This document shows positions 10,903 through 21,154 of a stretch of 64,000 nt of DNA, in pieces. Made by a program: the position numbers and the translations under genes. The DNA lies in contig JBHGNT010000002.1 of the NCBI GenBank assembly GCA_043228905.1, positions 26,536,001 to 26,600,000 of the forward strand, given 5' to 3'. This stretch comes from Azolla caroliniana. Taxonomy: Eukaryota > Plantae > Polypodiophyta. The notes under the pieces were generated by a model. The model was not told the DNA's origin and searched no databases. It worked only from the letters and a program-made list of their open reading frames with translations. Each line of letters starts with the position of its first letter. The stretch's first letter is position 1.

Positions 10903-13900
10903 ATGGAAGGCGGCGGTAGTGGGTCTCCGGGCATGATGGTGTTGAACTCACAGAACTACGCCGACTGGAAGATAAAGATGGAAGACCTTCTCATCGTCCG
11001 AGACCTGTACGAACCGATCGACAATGCCGAGATACCCAAGGGGGTAATAGAGTCGGAATGGAAGCTCCTGAACCGGAAAGCCGTAGCGACGATCCGACAA
11101 TATGTAGATGTAAGTGTCCTGCAACATGTGGCGAACGACACCAACGCATATGAGATGTGGAAGAAGCTGTCGGGCCTCTACGAGAGGAAGAATGCGTTGA
11201 ACCGGACCTCCCTGATGAGGAAGATAGTGAACCTCAAGTACCGGGACGACGAGAATATGGTGGAACACGTAAGCACGTTCATGGGATTCGTGAACCAGCT
11301 TGCGGCGATCAAGTTCCCGTTGGAGGATGCAATGCAAGCCATCATCCTGATGTGTACATTGCCGGAAAGTTGGGAGAACTTGGTGGTGACTCTCAGCACC
11401 TCCTGCACGGAAGATAACTTGTCCCTACAAACGGTAAAGACAAGTATTCTGAACGAAGAAGCGCGTCGGAGAGATAAAGAACCGGCCTCCGACTCGAAGG
11501 CGCTGCTTACCGAATCGGAACGGGGAAGACAATGGAACCGGAGTCCGCAAAGACGGGAGAAGTCGGGGACCCGGTCGCAGTCAAGAGGAAGACCCACATG
11601 CTTCCACTGTGGGAAGCCGGGGCACTTCCGGAAGAATTGTCGGCATTACCGAAAGGACAACGGAGCCGACGACACCGATTCGAAGAAGTCACCGGAGAGA
11701 AACGGTGCATACCGGGGAGCCACGGACCGGAGAGGTCCGGATCGGCGAGGGCAGGACCGGAAAGGAACGACGGCACTCGCGGCAAGTGAAGAAAAGATAA
11801 TGCTCATTACCGAAGAGAGGGAGCTGAACCTTGCCGGTGAAGAGATGACCTGGGTGGTCGATTCCGGAGCGTCGTTCCACCTGACCCCGGAGAAGAAATA
11901 CTTCTCATCCTACATAGCCGGTGAGCACGGCTGTGTCCGGATGGGAAATGAAGGTACATGCCGGATTGCCGGCATAGGAGACGTGTGGCTGATGACATCA
12001 ACCGGATGCAAGATGCTGCTGAAGGATGTTCGACACGTTCCGGAGGTTCGATTGAACCTGATTTCGGCCGGGAGGCTAGACGATGAAGGCTACACGGGTA
12101 GCATCCGGAACGGTGTCATGAAGTTCAGCAAGGGGAGCCTGATAGTGGCTCGGGCCCGGAAAGTCAACACGCAGTACCTGATGAATTCCCGGCTATGTCC
12201 GGAGGAGTTGAATGTGGCAGCCGACACTGCCGGTGAGCTGTGGCACAAGAGACTGTGCCACATGAGTGAGAAGGGGATGAAGAGGCTTGCAGAAGACAAC
12301 CTTATTCCAGTGAAGCATGTGCACCTGGAGAAGTGCACCGACTGTCTGGCCGGTAAGCAAAACCGGACCTCCTTCCACTCAAGGCCACCGACGAGACGTA
12401 GCGCACCATTGGAGCTGGTGCACACTGACGTGTGTCAAGTAGAAACGAAGTCACATGGCGGAGCCCAGTACTTCGTGACATTCATAGATGACCATAGCCG
12501 GAAGTTGTGGACGGCACCGTTGAAGACAAAGGACCAAGTATTGTCCGTCTTCAAAGAACTCCACACGAGAGTGGAAAGGGAATCCGGCAAGGAGCTGAAA
12601 GCGATACGAGCGGATAACGGAGGAGAATACCGGGGGCAGTTCGCGGAGTACTGTCGCTCGAAGGGAATCCGGCTCGAGTTTACTGTGCCGAAGACGCCGG
12701 AACTGAACGGGCTGGCCGAGAGGATGAACCGGACCATAATGGAGAGGGTCCGGAGTATGCTGGCGCATGCGAAATTACCCAAGGGGTTTTGGGCTGAGGC
12801 AATGTCGACGGCGACATACGTGATAAACAGATCACCCTCAGTACCTTTGGACGGAGACACGCCGCAGAGAGTGTGGACCGGTAGGGAAGTATCCTACCGG
12901 CATCTGAAGGTGTTCGGGTGTCTCGCATACGTGCATGTGGCAAAGGACCGGAGAGGAAAGCTAGATCCAAAGACCCGACCATGCATATTCCTCGGTTACG
13001 GCGACGACGAGTTCGGCTACCGAGTATGGGACCCGGTCGACAAGAAGATATTCAGGAGTCGAGATATCATCTTCATGGAGGACAAGACACTCGCCGACTG
13101 GGAGTCGGAGAAGAAGATGAAGAGCTCCAAGTCGACCGGTGAGAATCAACTCTACGAGGAGCAGTCCCGACCGGAAAGGGACCGGTTAGCACTCGAGGAT
13201 CCGGCCGAAGACGGTGAAGAAACAGAACCGGCCGAGGAAGATGAAACTGATACCGGAACCGGCCCCGATCCCGAAATGGATTTGGATGAAGAGGAAATGG
13301 AGGAGACGGTTACCGAAGCTCCGGAACGGAGATATCCTCTAAGAGAGAGAAGGGCCCCCCGGAGATTTCCGGAACCAGAGCACGTGCTGCTAACCGACGA
13401 GGGGGAGCCGGAGAGCTTTGAAGAAGCGAAGCACGACACTCATAGCCGCAGGTGGTTAAGTGCCATGCAGGAGGAGATGGATTCCCTGCATGAGAACCAC
13501 ACATATGAACTTGTGGAGTTGCCGAAAGGAAAGCGGGCACTTCGAAACAAGTGGGTGTTCAAGCTGAAACCGGGAGATGCCGGAAACCCCCCGAGATACA
13601 AAGCCAGGATCGTGGTGAAGGGGTTCCAGCAGAAGAAGGGCGTCGACTTCGACGAGATATTTGCCCCGGTAGTGAAGATGACCTCCATCCGGACGGTGCT
13701 GAGCATAGCGGCAAGCATGGACCTCGAGGTAGAACAGATGGACGTGAAGACGGCATTCCTTCACGGTGACCTCGAAGAAGAGATCTACATGCAGCAACCG
13801 GAAGGATTCGAGAAGAAAGGGAAGGAGCACCTGGTATGCCGGTTGAAGAAGAGCCTTTACGGTCTGAAGCAGGCTCCCCGGCAATGGTACCGGAAGTTCG

Positions 13901-14627
13901 ACTCCTTCATGACAGATGAAGGGTACCACAAAACGCAGTCCGATCACTGCGTGTTTGTGAAGAAGTTCGAAGGAGGAGACTTTCTAATACTCCTCCTGTA
14001 CGTGGACGACATGTTGATCGTCGGACGAGACCAGGTCAAGATACGGATGCTGAAGAAGGCTCTTCACCGAACCTTCTCAATGAAGGACCTGGGTCCGGCG
14101 AGGCAAATACTAGGGATGCACATCATCCGGGACCGGAAGAAGAAGCAGTTGTGGCTGTCACAGGAGAAGTACGTGACAAAGGTGCTTCACCGGTTCAACA
14201 TGTCGGAAGCAAGACCGGTCGGGTCAACACTCCCGGCAAACTGCAAGCTGCAAGCTGTCCAGCAAGCAAAGCCCCAAGACAAAGGCTGAGAAGGAGGGCA
14301 TGTTGAAAGTACCATATGCCTCTGCCATCGGGAGCTTGATGTACGCAATGGTGTGTACAAGACCGGACATAGGATATGCAGTTGGAGTGGTGAGCCGGTA
14401 TATGAGTAATCCCGGCAAGGAGCACTGGAACGCGGTCAAATGGATACTCCGATACTTAAAGGGCACTTCGAACATGTGCCTCCGATTCGGCTCCGGTAAA
14501 CCCGAACTCGATGGATTTACCGATTCGGATATGTCGGCTGATGCGGATACCAGCCGGTCTACATCTGGGTATGTAATGACATATGCAGGGGGAGCCGTTT
14601 CGTGGCAGTCGAGGTTGCAGAAGACGG
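10903..14627 (+). pseudogene. gag-pol: C gag-pol (Gag, CCHC knuckle, PR, GAG-pre-IN, IN, RT); RNase H continues at 21972-22327
   Basis: 1128-aa ORF with CFHCGKPGHFRKNC, WVVDSGASFH, HTDVC..DNGGEY and YVDD. A 7-bp duplication CTGCAAG (14241-14254) shifts the frame, and D interrupts RNase H. Confidence 0.93.
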
Positions 14628-15508
14628 TGTGGGGGTTGCTACGCCCTTGCGTGCAGAAAGGAGGAGGGACCACGGGGGTCTCGGACCGAAGAGCAAGAGA
14701 GAGAGAAGTAAGAGAGATAGACCCGATTACACAGAACCGAAGATTGCACCGGGACACGGCCCAACAAACAGAGATCACAAATAAACGCCGACGCAGATGG
14801 ACGCAACAACGAAAGATATCTACTTCTGAAAGCAAGAAAATAACAGACTACAGTATTACAACCCACGGTGGGGCACGAAATAGATACTAACGAAAACGAA
14901 CAGGGCGGCGAACAGATGCCGACCCCTGTATGTCGCGACGCACAGAAAGGGGGAAAACAGGTCGGAGGTGCTGCAGGACGCACTCGGGGCGTTCCACGGA
15001 ACAGCACAAGCCTCCTCGAAACCTGCACAGGTACGCGATGGAGCAGAAGACAGAGAAAGCGGGAGTGAGAGAGAAGCCCCGAAATCGGTTCGGCAGCACT
15101 TCGTCCTCCCCGTGCGAGATATCTGCAACAGCTCTTTCCTGCTCCTTATATAGGCCGTTGAGCAGGCCTTCCTGTCAGCTTTATTCCCTGTCCCTTTTGT
15201 CAGGGATCTCCTCCGTTCTGCACGCATCCGCGTAGTTACGCCGCCGACTCGTACAGTTCGCGCGCGTGACCGAAAAGACTGTTCGCGCGGTCTTTGTCTT
15301 CACTCGTGTTAGGGCCCGTTCCTCCCGATTATCCTCCTAATTCGATTCTATGTACAACTTGGAGCGTGCGCGTGTGAAGAACCGGTTCCTACGCCCCGGT
15401 GCGCCGATTCCGCTTAGGGACGGTTTTCTTCACGACATCCGCCCCCACCTAACCGCGCATCCTCCGGTATGCGCCAAGAGAGTTGGGACGGAGAAAACCG
15501 GCCCGTCT

Positions 15509-18500
15509 TCATTCCTCGCCCGTCGGTTCTTCCTCGTTTTCGGATCGTTCGTCACTGCCGACCAGGAGAGCCGGGTCGGGCTCGTCGTCGTGTCGCTTCT
15601 TGAACGCTTTGATCCGCTTCCCTGCAACCGGTATCGCCATTCTCGTGCCGTCGAGTTCCGCCAGGTGATATGTCCCGTTGCCATTGGCGCTCCGTACCGC
15701 GTAAGGCCCAAACCACCTTCGTGCGAACTTCCGTGTGGCTCGGTGCTGGTTGTCGAGGCTGCTGTCGTAGACGAGCACCCAGTCACCTTCTTCGATTTTC
15801 TTCGGTCGGAGCCGGTGCGTTCGGTCGAACCTGGCTTTGTTCTTTGCCCTCGCCACCCGGAGCCTCTTCGTAGCCAGTTCCACGTCCTCCGGTCTCCGCT
15901 CGAGTTGTCGTATACGCGCGGCCAACAACTCCTCCCGGCTCATCTCGTCCCTCCAATCGACCGTTGCCCATGAGGGGATCGTCCGTTCCATTGGCATGAT
16001 AGGCTTCTGGCCGAACATGAGCTCCGTCGGCATGTACCCGGTTACCGAACTGTGCGTGGTCCGGTCTGCCCACAAAGCATAAGGTAGCAGCCGCGGCCAG
16101 TTACCGACTTGGCCTCCGCATGCCCGAACCAACGCCTTGACGATCGGCCCGTGTCCGCGCTCCACCTTCCCATTCGCCTCCGGATTGTACGCAGTGGTGA
16201 GCGAGAGCTTAACTCCGAGCCGGTCGAACAGCTCCGCGGCTTCTTCGGTGTCCAACTCCCCTCGATCAGCCACGATCTTCCCGACGCACCCGTACCGGCA
16301 TATCACGTCCTCGATTAGGAACCGGCATACGGCCGTGGTCGTTTTGTTCGGAAGGGCCCGGCCTTCCACCTGGTTCGTCAGATCCTCCCGTGCTAGGACC
16401 AGGTACCGCATCTGTCCTACCCCCATTGGCATCGTCACCAGATCTACCATCCATTTGAAGTGGATGGTCGGAGGGTACGTGGGGTGAAGCTCGTCCCGAT
16501 GTTGGACTATGGAGTGCATCTGACAGCTCTCGCAAGTTGTCACGAACCGATGCACGTCCCGGTACTGCCCCGGCCACCAATACTTCCCCTTCAGTTTCTC
16601 AAACGTAGCCCATGTCCCACGGTGTCCAGCCCAAGGGCTGTCGTGGTAGGCCGTCAGCAGCTCCTCCTGTTCTTCCTTCATCGCCACCACCCGGAGCGGA
16701 GCGCCGTCCCTCTTCTTCGGGTGCTTCCATAGGTAGCCATCCCGGAGAAAGAACCGGTACGCTTTCCTCCGGATCCGGTTGGCCTCGTCCTTCGTCCATG
16801 ACGCATCGGGCGTCATTGTCTTCAAAAACCCACCGATCTGCAGCCACTCCCCGTCATACTTGCTCGCGTCGAAGTCGTTAAGCGCCGGAGTGCTTGTCCC
16901 GCCGGTTGTTACATACGCAGTCTCGAAGAAGTCCACGCCGACCTCTTCGTCCTCCGAGACCATGCCGCCCTCGTCCTCGAATCTCGCCCTTGAAAGCATG
17001 TCGGCCATGGCGTTGTCTTTCCCGGAAATGTGCCGTATTACCGGGTCTAGGGACTTGATGTACGCTATCCACCTGAGCATTGCCAGGTCCGGCGTCGCGC
17101 ATCCGGAAACCATGCCGAGAATCGGCATGCAATCCGTCTCTATGATTACCTCCGTCCCGATCAGATAGTCCTTGTCGGCCTTCACCGCCGAAACGATACC
17201 CCAGAGTTCGCGTTTAACCTGGGCGTATCCTCGCTGCCGTTCGCTGAGGACCTTCGCGCCGAATCGGATTGGAAACCGATTGCCGTCCCCGTCTTCTTGG
17301 TTGACGACCCACCCGATTCCGGTCGGACTCGTGTCAACCGTTATGTACACTGGGGTGCCCTTCCCGTAGACAGCCTTTCGGAGCGCCGGTGCTGCCGAAA
17401 GGGCCTCCTTCAGCTTCCGGACCGACTCCGCGTGCTTGTCTAGCCATTCGAATCTTCGCCCTTTCCTCAACAATCCGTATAGCGGCTCCGCAACGTGGGC
17501 GTAATGCGGGATCCATATGTGGTAGAATGCGCATGCCCCCAGGAATCTTCGTACTTCCGTGACCGAGCTGCAGTCGGGCTTCATCGCGGAGATGGCTTCT
17601 ACCTTTGCCGGAGACGGTTTCCGGCCATACGGCCCACATAAGTGTCCGACCACCATGATTTCTGACTGCCCGAAGGCCGACTTCTCCCCGGAGAAGGTGA
17701 GTCTCGCATCCTCTAGCCTTTGCAGCACCTTCTCGCAGTCGTCGATGTGCGTTGCCACGAATCGCCGGCATCCGTCCGGCCCGATCGTCTCGTCCTTTTC
17801 TTCCACCGGGCATCCCTTGATCGGGATGTCGTCCAGAAACGGCATGGTGATGTCCGGGATACAGTCCCTCAGAACCTTGTTCATCGCATTCACCATGTGG
17901 GCCACCGAGTTGGTCCCTCCTTGCGGCAGTGTACACATCCGAACTAGGCCGAGGGGAGTTCGCATCGTCGTAATGTCTCTGCTCTCCACGGCTAGCTGGA
18001 ACTGGTCGTACCCTGAGTATAGATCCCCGACCGAGTAAATTGACCTTCCGGCGAAGGCCTCCGCGAACTCGTCTATGGTCGGTCCGATCCCTGCGTTCCG
18101 AATGGTCACTCGATTGACCGGCTGCAGGTCATGGATGAAGCGCAACGAACCGTTTTTCTTCGGTACGGTAAACCATCGATTCGAATATGGGGCGCTCGAC
18201 GGCTCGAGAATTCCCATATCAACTTTCTGCCTCAGCAGCTCCATCAACTTCGGGATGTGAGCTCTCGGAACCGGGATTGGCTTGAGATTCCATGGTACAT
18301 GCGGTACCGTGAATATCACCATCGGCTCCACGATCGTCGGGTCGACGCACCCGATTTCCTCCGGCGAGAATGCGAAGCCTTTCCCGTGCCTTCCGAGCAT
18401 TCTCCGAAACCGGTCTTCCTCCGCCGGCAGTAGGAACCCGCCCCCACCAATTTTGAGCTCTCGGAGCGTCTCGTCGGTGAAGGTGTGTCCTATGCAGGCC

Positions 18501-18997
18501 GGATCTCGTAGACTAGGGTCCGATGCAACCCCTTTGATTCTCGATGCGCTGTCCTCCGGTAGGGGTGCCGCGACTGGCCTTACCTTCCGGTCCACAGTCT
18601 TGTACTTGGTGCTTGCGTGGGCCGTCCGAACTGACTCGAGCCCTCGACCGAAGTCCGCGATGACTCCGTACATCTCCTCGGAACACACCGGTATCGTCCG
18701 GTCTTCGTTAAGGCCTTCTTCGACTACCTTTCCCAGCATTCCCAAGGTGTCGTCGAATGAGACCGCCTCCACGGCTCCGTTGATTTCCTCGTCAGGGCCG
18801 AGAACTCCGCACGCTCGAAGTCTCCCCTCCGCCTTTGTCTTCTCTCGGCCGCCGATGCCGACTATCGTACACGCTCCGCTGTCGGAGAACAAAAATTCCC
18901 TACCTATGGTACAAGGTTTTATCGTACAGATGTGGGGTTTTTCCCGAGCATCCGGACTGTCGCGGCCCCACGCCTTGGCAGTCCTCTCTAAAAATCC
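15509..18997 (-). CDS. pol: D Pol (RT, RNase H, integrase), reached by -1 frameshift
   Basis: Frame is open from the GGATTTT slippery site to 15509. RT 'DLYSGYDQF..LPQG..PFLDD', RH 'VDTSPTGIG', IN 'HDSPWAGH..CESC..VDL..ADRGE..NGKVE', GPY motif; no chromodomain. Confidence 0.92.
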   Translation of the reverse strand, partial: GFLERTAKAWGRDSPDAREKPHICTIKPCTIGREFLFSDSGACTIVGIGGREKTKAEGRLRACGVLGPDEEINGAVEAVSFDDTLGMLGKVVEEGLNEDRTIPVCSEEMYGVIADFGRGLESVRTAHASTKYKTVDRKVRPVAAPLPEDSASRIKGVASDPSLRDPACIGHTFTDETLRELKIGGGGFLLPAEEDRFRRMLGRHGKGFAFSPEEIGCVDPTIVEPMVIFTVPHVPWNLKPIPVPRAHIPKLMELLRQKVDMGILEPSSAPYSNRWFTVPKKNGSLRFIHDLQPVNRVTIRNAGIGPTIDEFAEAFAGRSIYSVGDLYSGYDQFQLAVESRDITTMRTPLGLVRMCTLPQGGTNSVAHMVNAMNKVLRDCIPDITMPFLDDIPIKGCPVEEKDETIGPDGCRRFVATHIDDCEKVLQRLEDARLTFSGEKSAFGQSEIMVVGHLCGPYGRKPSPAKVEAISAMKPDCSSVTEVRRFLGACAFYHIWIPHYAHVAEPLYGLLRKGRRFEWLDKHAESVRKLKEALSAAPALRKAVYGKGTPVYITVDTSPTGIGWVVNQEDGDGNRFPIRFGAKVLSERQRGYAQVKRELWGIVSAVKADKDYLIGTEVIIETDCMPILGMVSGCATPDLAMLRWIAYIKSLDPVIRHISGKDNAMADMLSRARFEDEGGMVSEDEEVGVDFFETAYVTTGGTSTPALNDFDASKYDGEWLQIGGFLKTMTPDASWTKDEANRIRRKAYRFFLRDGYLWKHPKKRDGAPLRVVAMKEEQEELLTAYHDSPWAGHRGTWATFEKLKGKYWWPGQYRDVHRFVTTCESCQMHSIVQHRDELHPTYPPTIHFKWMVDLVTMPMGVGQMRYLVLAREDLTNQVEGRALPNKTTTAVCRFLIEDVICRYGCVGKIVADRGELDTEEAAELFDRLGVKLSLTTAYNPEANGKVERGHGPIVKALVRACGGQVGNWPRLLPYALWADRTTHSSVTGYMPTELMFGQKPIMPMERTIPSWATVDWRDEMSREELLAARIRQLERRPEDVELATKRLRVARAKNKARFDRTHRLRPKKIEEGDWVLVYDSSLDNQHRATRKFARRWFGPYAVRSANGNGTYHLAELDGTRMAIPVAGKRIKAFKKRHDDEPDPALLVGSDERSENEEEPTGEE

Positions 18998-21114
18998 TCT
19001 CGGTTTTCGGAACCGAGGGAATCGCGGTTACGTTCGTGGTTCGGCCGTACCGTCAGAAACTGGACCGAATGGCGCCCGTCTTGGCTTTTGACCCTTGCGT
19101 AGGCCGAACCATTGTCCAGCACTTTGGTCTCCATTCGCGCCGCCGTGATGTACGGCTCTCCCAGAATGACCGGATGCGAAGACGTCTCCTGCACGAAGAA
19201 GTGCTGGTCAATCTCAACGTCGCCGATCTTGACTCGCACATTCAGACAGGCCCCGTGCAGTTCCTCGGTGGCGCGCGTTGCTGCCCTTATTTTCCACCCG
19301 TGCTTGGTGTTGATCGGCCATTTGCCCTTCTTATAGAAGTCCATGGACATCAAATTGATCTCCGATCCGTGGTCCACCAAAGCTATCACCGGTTCCTGGA
19401 CATCGCCGATCTTCACCGGGGTTTCCGTGGTCGCTCGGGCCCAGTGTGGTCTCGAATAGTGGCTTTCCGCCCACTCGTCTCCCAGCGCCATGTCGTCTAG
19501 GTGCGTCGTCCGCACTTCCACCGGTCTTTCCGGTTCTGTCTCCGTCGACAGCCTCTTCCGTTTCACCAAGTCCACGATGGAGTCGTGGAACTCCTTCTTG
19601 GCGATTCCCAGCACCTCTCGTAACGACAGCTCCACCTTGCTGTCGAGGATCCGTTCCTCCAGGACCTTTCGTAAGTCTGTGGTCCTTTCTATCTCCGTCC
19701 CCAGACGGTACCCGCCCTTCTGGGGTTTATCTTGCGTACCGGCCCCGCCGGCTTCGTCCCGTCGTGGCCCGGACCGGGTCTCGTATCGTTGTGAGGGCCC
19801 GGTCGTCCCCGGTCTCCCCACCCGCTTCTCTTCTACCAGAGCCTCGTAGTTCTGGCAAGCGGCTTCCACGAAGCCCGTCCTTTCCTCGACCGGGTCGCTC
19901 CACCCGGTCATCTCCCGTACCCGTTTCTCCGCACGGTCCGATTCCTCCCCTTTAAGCCTTGCACCGGCAAGGCCTTCCAGCATCGTCGGCCAGAATCCGG
20001 CTTTGCTTTCCCTTCGGGCCTCGCCGCCCCCGACTCGAATGCCGGCCGACGCCGAGTAGTGGACGGTTTCCGCGTGTCGGGCCGCCGCCTCTTCCATCAA
20101 CCTTTTCATACCACCCTTTCCGTCGTTTCGGCTCAGGGCCCTTCGGGTGTCGCTGGCATGCACCCGTCCTTCCCACAGGTACACCACCCTGTTCCTCAGC
20201 GCCTCCGCGAAGTCGCCGCAGTCCTTCCGAATGTGGCCGACTTCATCGCACCACATGCACCTGTTTCCTGCCGCCGGCCGTCGGTCACGAGCCGGTTCGC
20301 CCCCTTCCCTTCGGGCCTGCGCGATTTGGAGGCCCTTTATCGCCTTCGTCAATTCCTCCAGCGCCGCTCCTCCGGTTGAGCCTCTGACTACGCCGGTCGA
20401 AGCCGAACCGGTATCCAACCACTCTCGGGTCTCTTCCTTTCGCACCTGTGGCGCTGGTTCGAACTTCCTTGCTGCGACCGAGCCCGACCCGGTCGCACCG
20501 TTATCCGCCCATTCTCGCCGTTTGTCGAAACGGCCACAGACCTTCCTGACAGCCGCCCAGTCGGTAGTGAGCCCGTCTTCGGTTTCCAGCAAGAGGTCCA
20601 CGTGCTCCCGATCCCGTTCGTCGACCGACTTGACAAACAGCAAGACCCGGCTCGTGTCCAGGATGGTTCTGTCGAGCGCCGAAAGGCGCGCAAAGTTTTC
20701 CTCGAACTCCCGGAGGAGTGCCGAAGCGTTTCTTCCCTTCCCCGGGGACTCCACCCATTCCATGAACCTTCGCTTCGAAAGCCGGAGCGCGTCGTCCAGC
20801 CCGTATTTCTCTAGGAGCCGACCTTCGAACTCCTCCCAGGTACGGCTCTCCGTCCGCACCTCGAGCACCTCCGCATGGATGCCCGGCATTGCGACTCGGG
20901 GAAATCCGGCAAGACGCCTTTCTTCCGGAATGTCCCGCATCAACATCTCCGCACCGTAGGACGCTAGATACTTCGTGGCATCCCTCCCATCGAACCGGCC
21001 GATCGTGCCGACGACCGCCTCAATAGCTCTGTCGAGGGCACCTGTGCCCTCGCGCGCGTTTACAATCCGATCCACGGCCGAAGCCATGGCCTCTGCAAGA
21101 TCCGACCCCCTCAT
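18988..21114 (-). CDS. gag: D Gag-protease (ORF1)
   Basis: Open frame with zinc knuckle CMWCDEVGHIRKDC and protease-like 'ALVDHGSEINLM...HPVILG'. Likely ATG at 'MRGSD'; the ORF-track GTG start lies inside the PBS. Confidence 0.88.
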   Translation of the reverse strand: MRGSDLAEAMASAVDRIVNAREGTGALDRAIEAVVGTIGRFDGRDATKYLASYGAEMLMRDIPEERRLAGFPRVAMPGIHAEVLEVRTESRTWEEFEGRLLEKYGLDDALRLSKRRFMEWVESPGKGRNASALLREFEENFARLSALDRTILDTSRVLLFVKSVDERDREHVDLLLETEDGLTTDWAAVRKVCGRFDKRREWADNGATGSGSVAARKFEPAPQVRKEETREWLDTGSASTGVVRGSTGGAALEELTKAIKGLQIAQARREGGEPARDRRPAAGNRCMWCDEVGHIRKDCGDFAEALRNRVVYLWEGRVHASDTRRALSRNDGKGGMKRLMEEAAARHAETVHYSASAGIRVGGGEARRESKAGFWPTMLEGLAGARLKGEESDRAEKRVREMTGWSDPVEERTGFVEAACQNYEALVEEKRVGRPGTTGPSQRYETRSGPRRDEAGGAGTQDKPQKGGYRLGTEIERTTDLRKVLEERILDSKVELSLREVLGIAKKEFHDSIVDLVKRKRLSTETEPERPVEVRTTHLDDMALGDEWAESHYSRPHWARATTETPVKIGDVQEPVIALVDHGSEINLMSMDFYKKGKWPINTKHGWKIRAATRATEELHGACLNVRVKIGDVEIDQHFFVQETSSHPVILGEPYITAARMETKVLDNGSAYARVKSQDGRHSVQFLTVRPNHERNRDSLGSENREDF

Positions 21115-21136
21115 CTTCTGCTCTTCTGCCGCCTCT

Positions 21137-21154
21137 TTCACGTCGGGTTCACCA
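21137..21154 (-). promoter_or_regulatory. PBS complementary to tRNA-Trp (also G at ~52928-52945 and H at 55855-55872)
   Basis: TGGTGAACCCGACGTGAA is the reverse complement of the plant tRNA-Trp 3' end ...TTCACGTCGGGTTCACCA (tRNA sequence from memory). Confidence 0.85.

Noticed and set aside
14300-14890. 196-aa ORF as a separate gene (also 21929-22327, 47864-48961, 56114-56956)
   Set aside because: Chimeric read-through across insertion junctions between nested elements.
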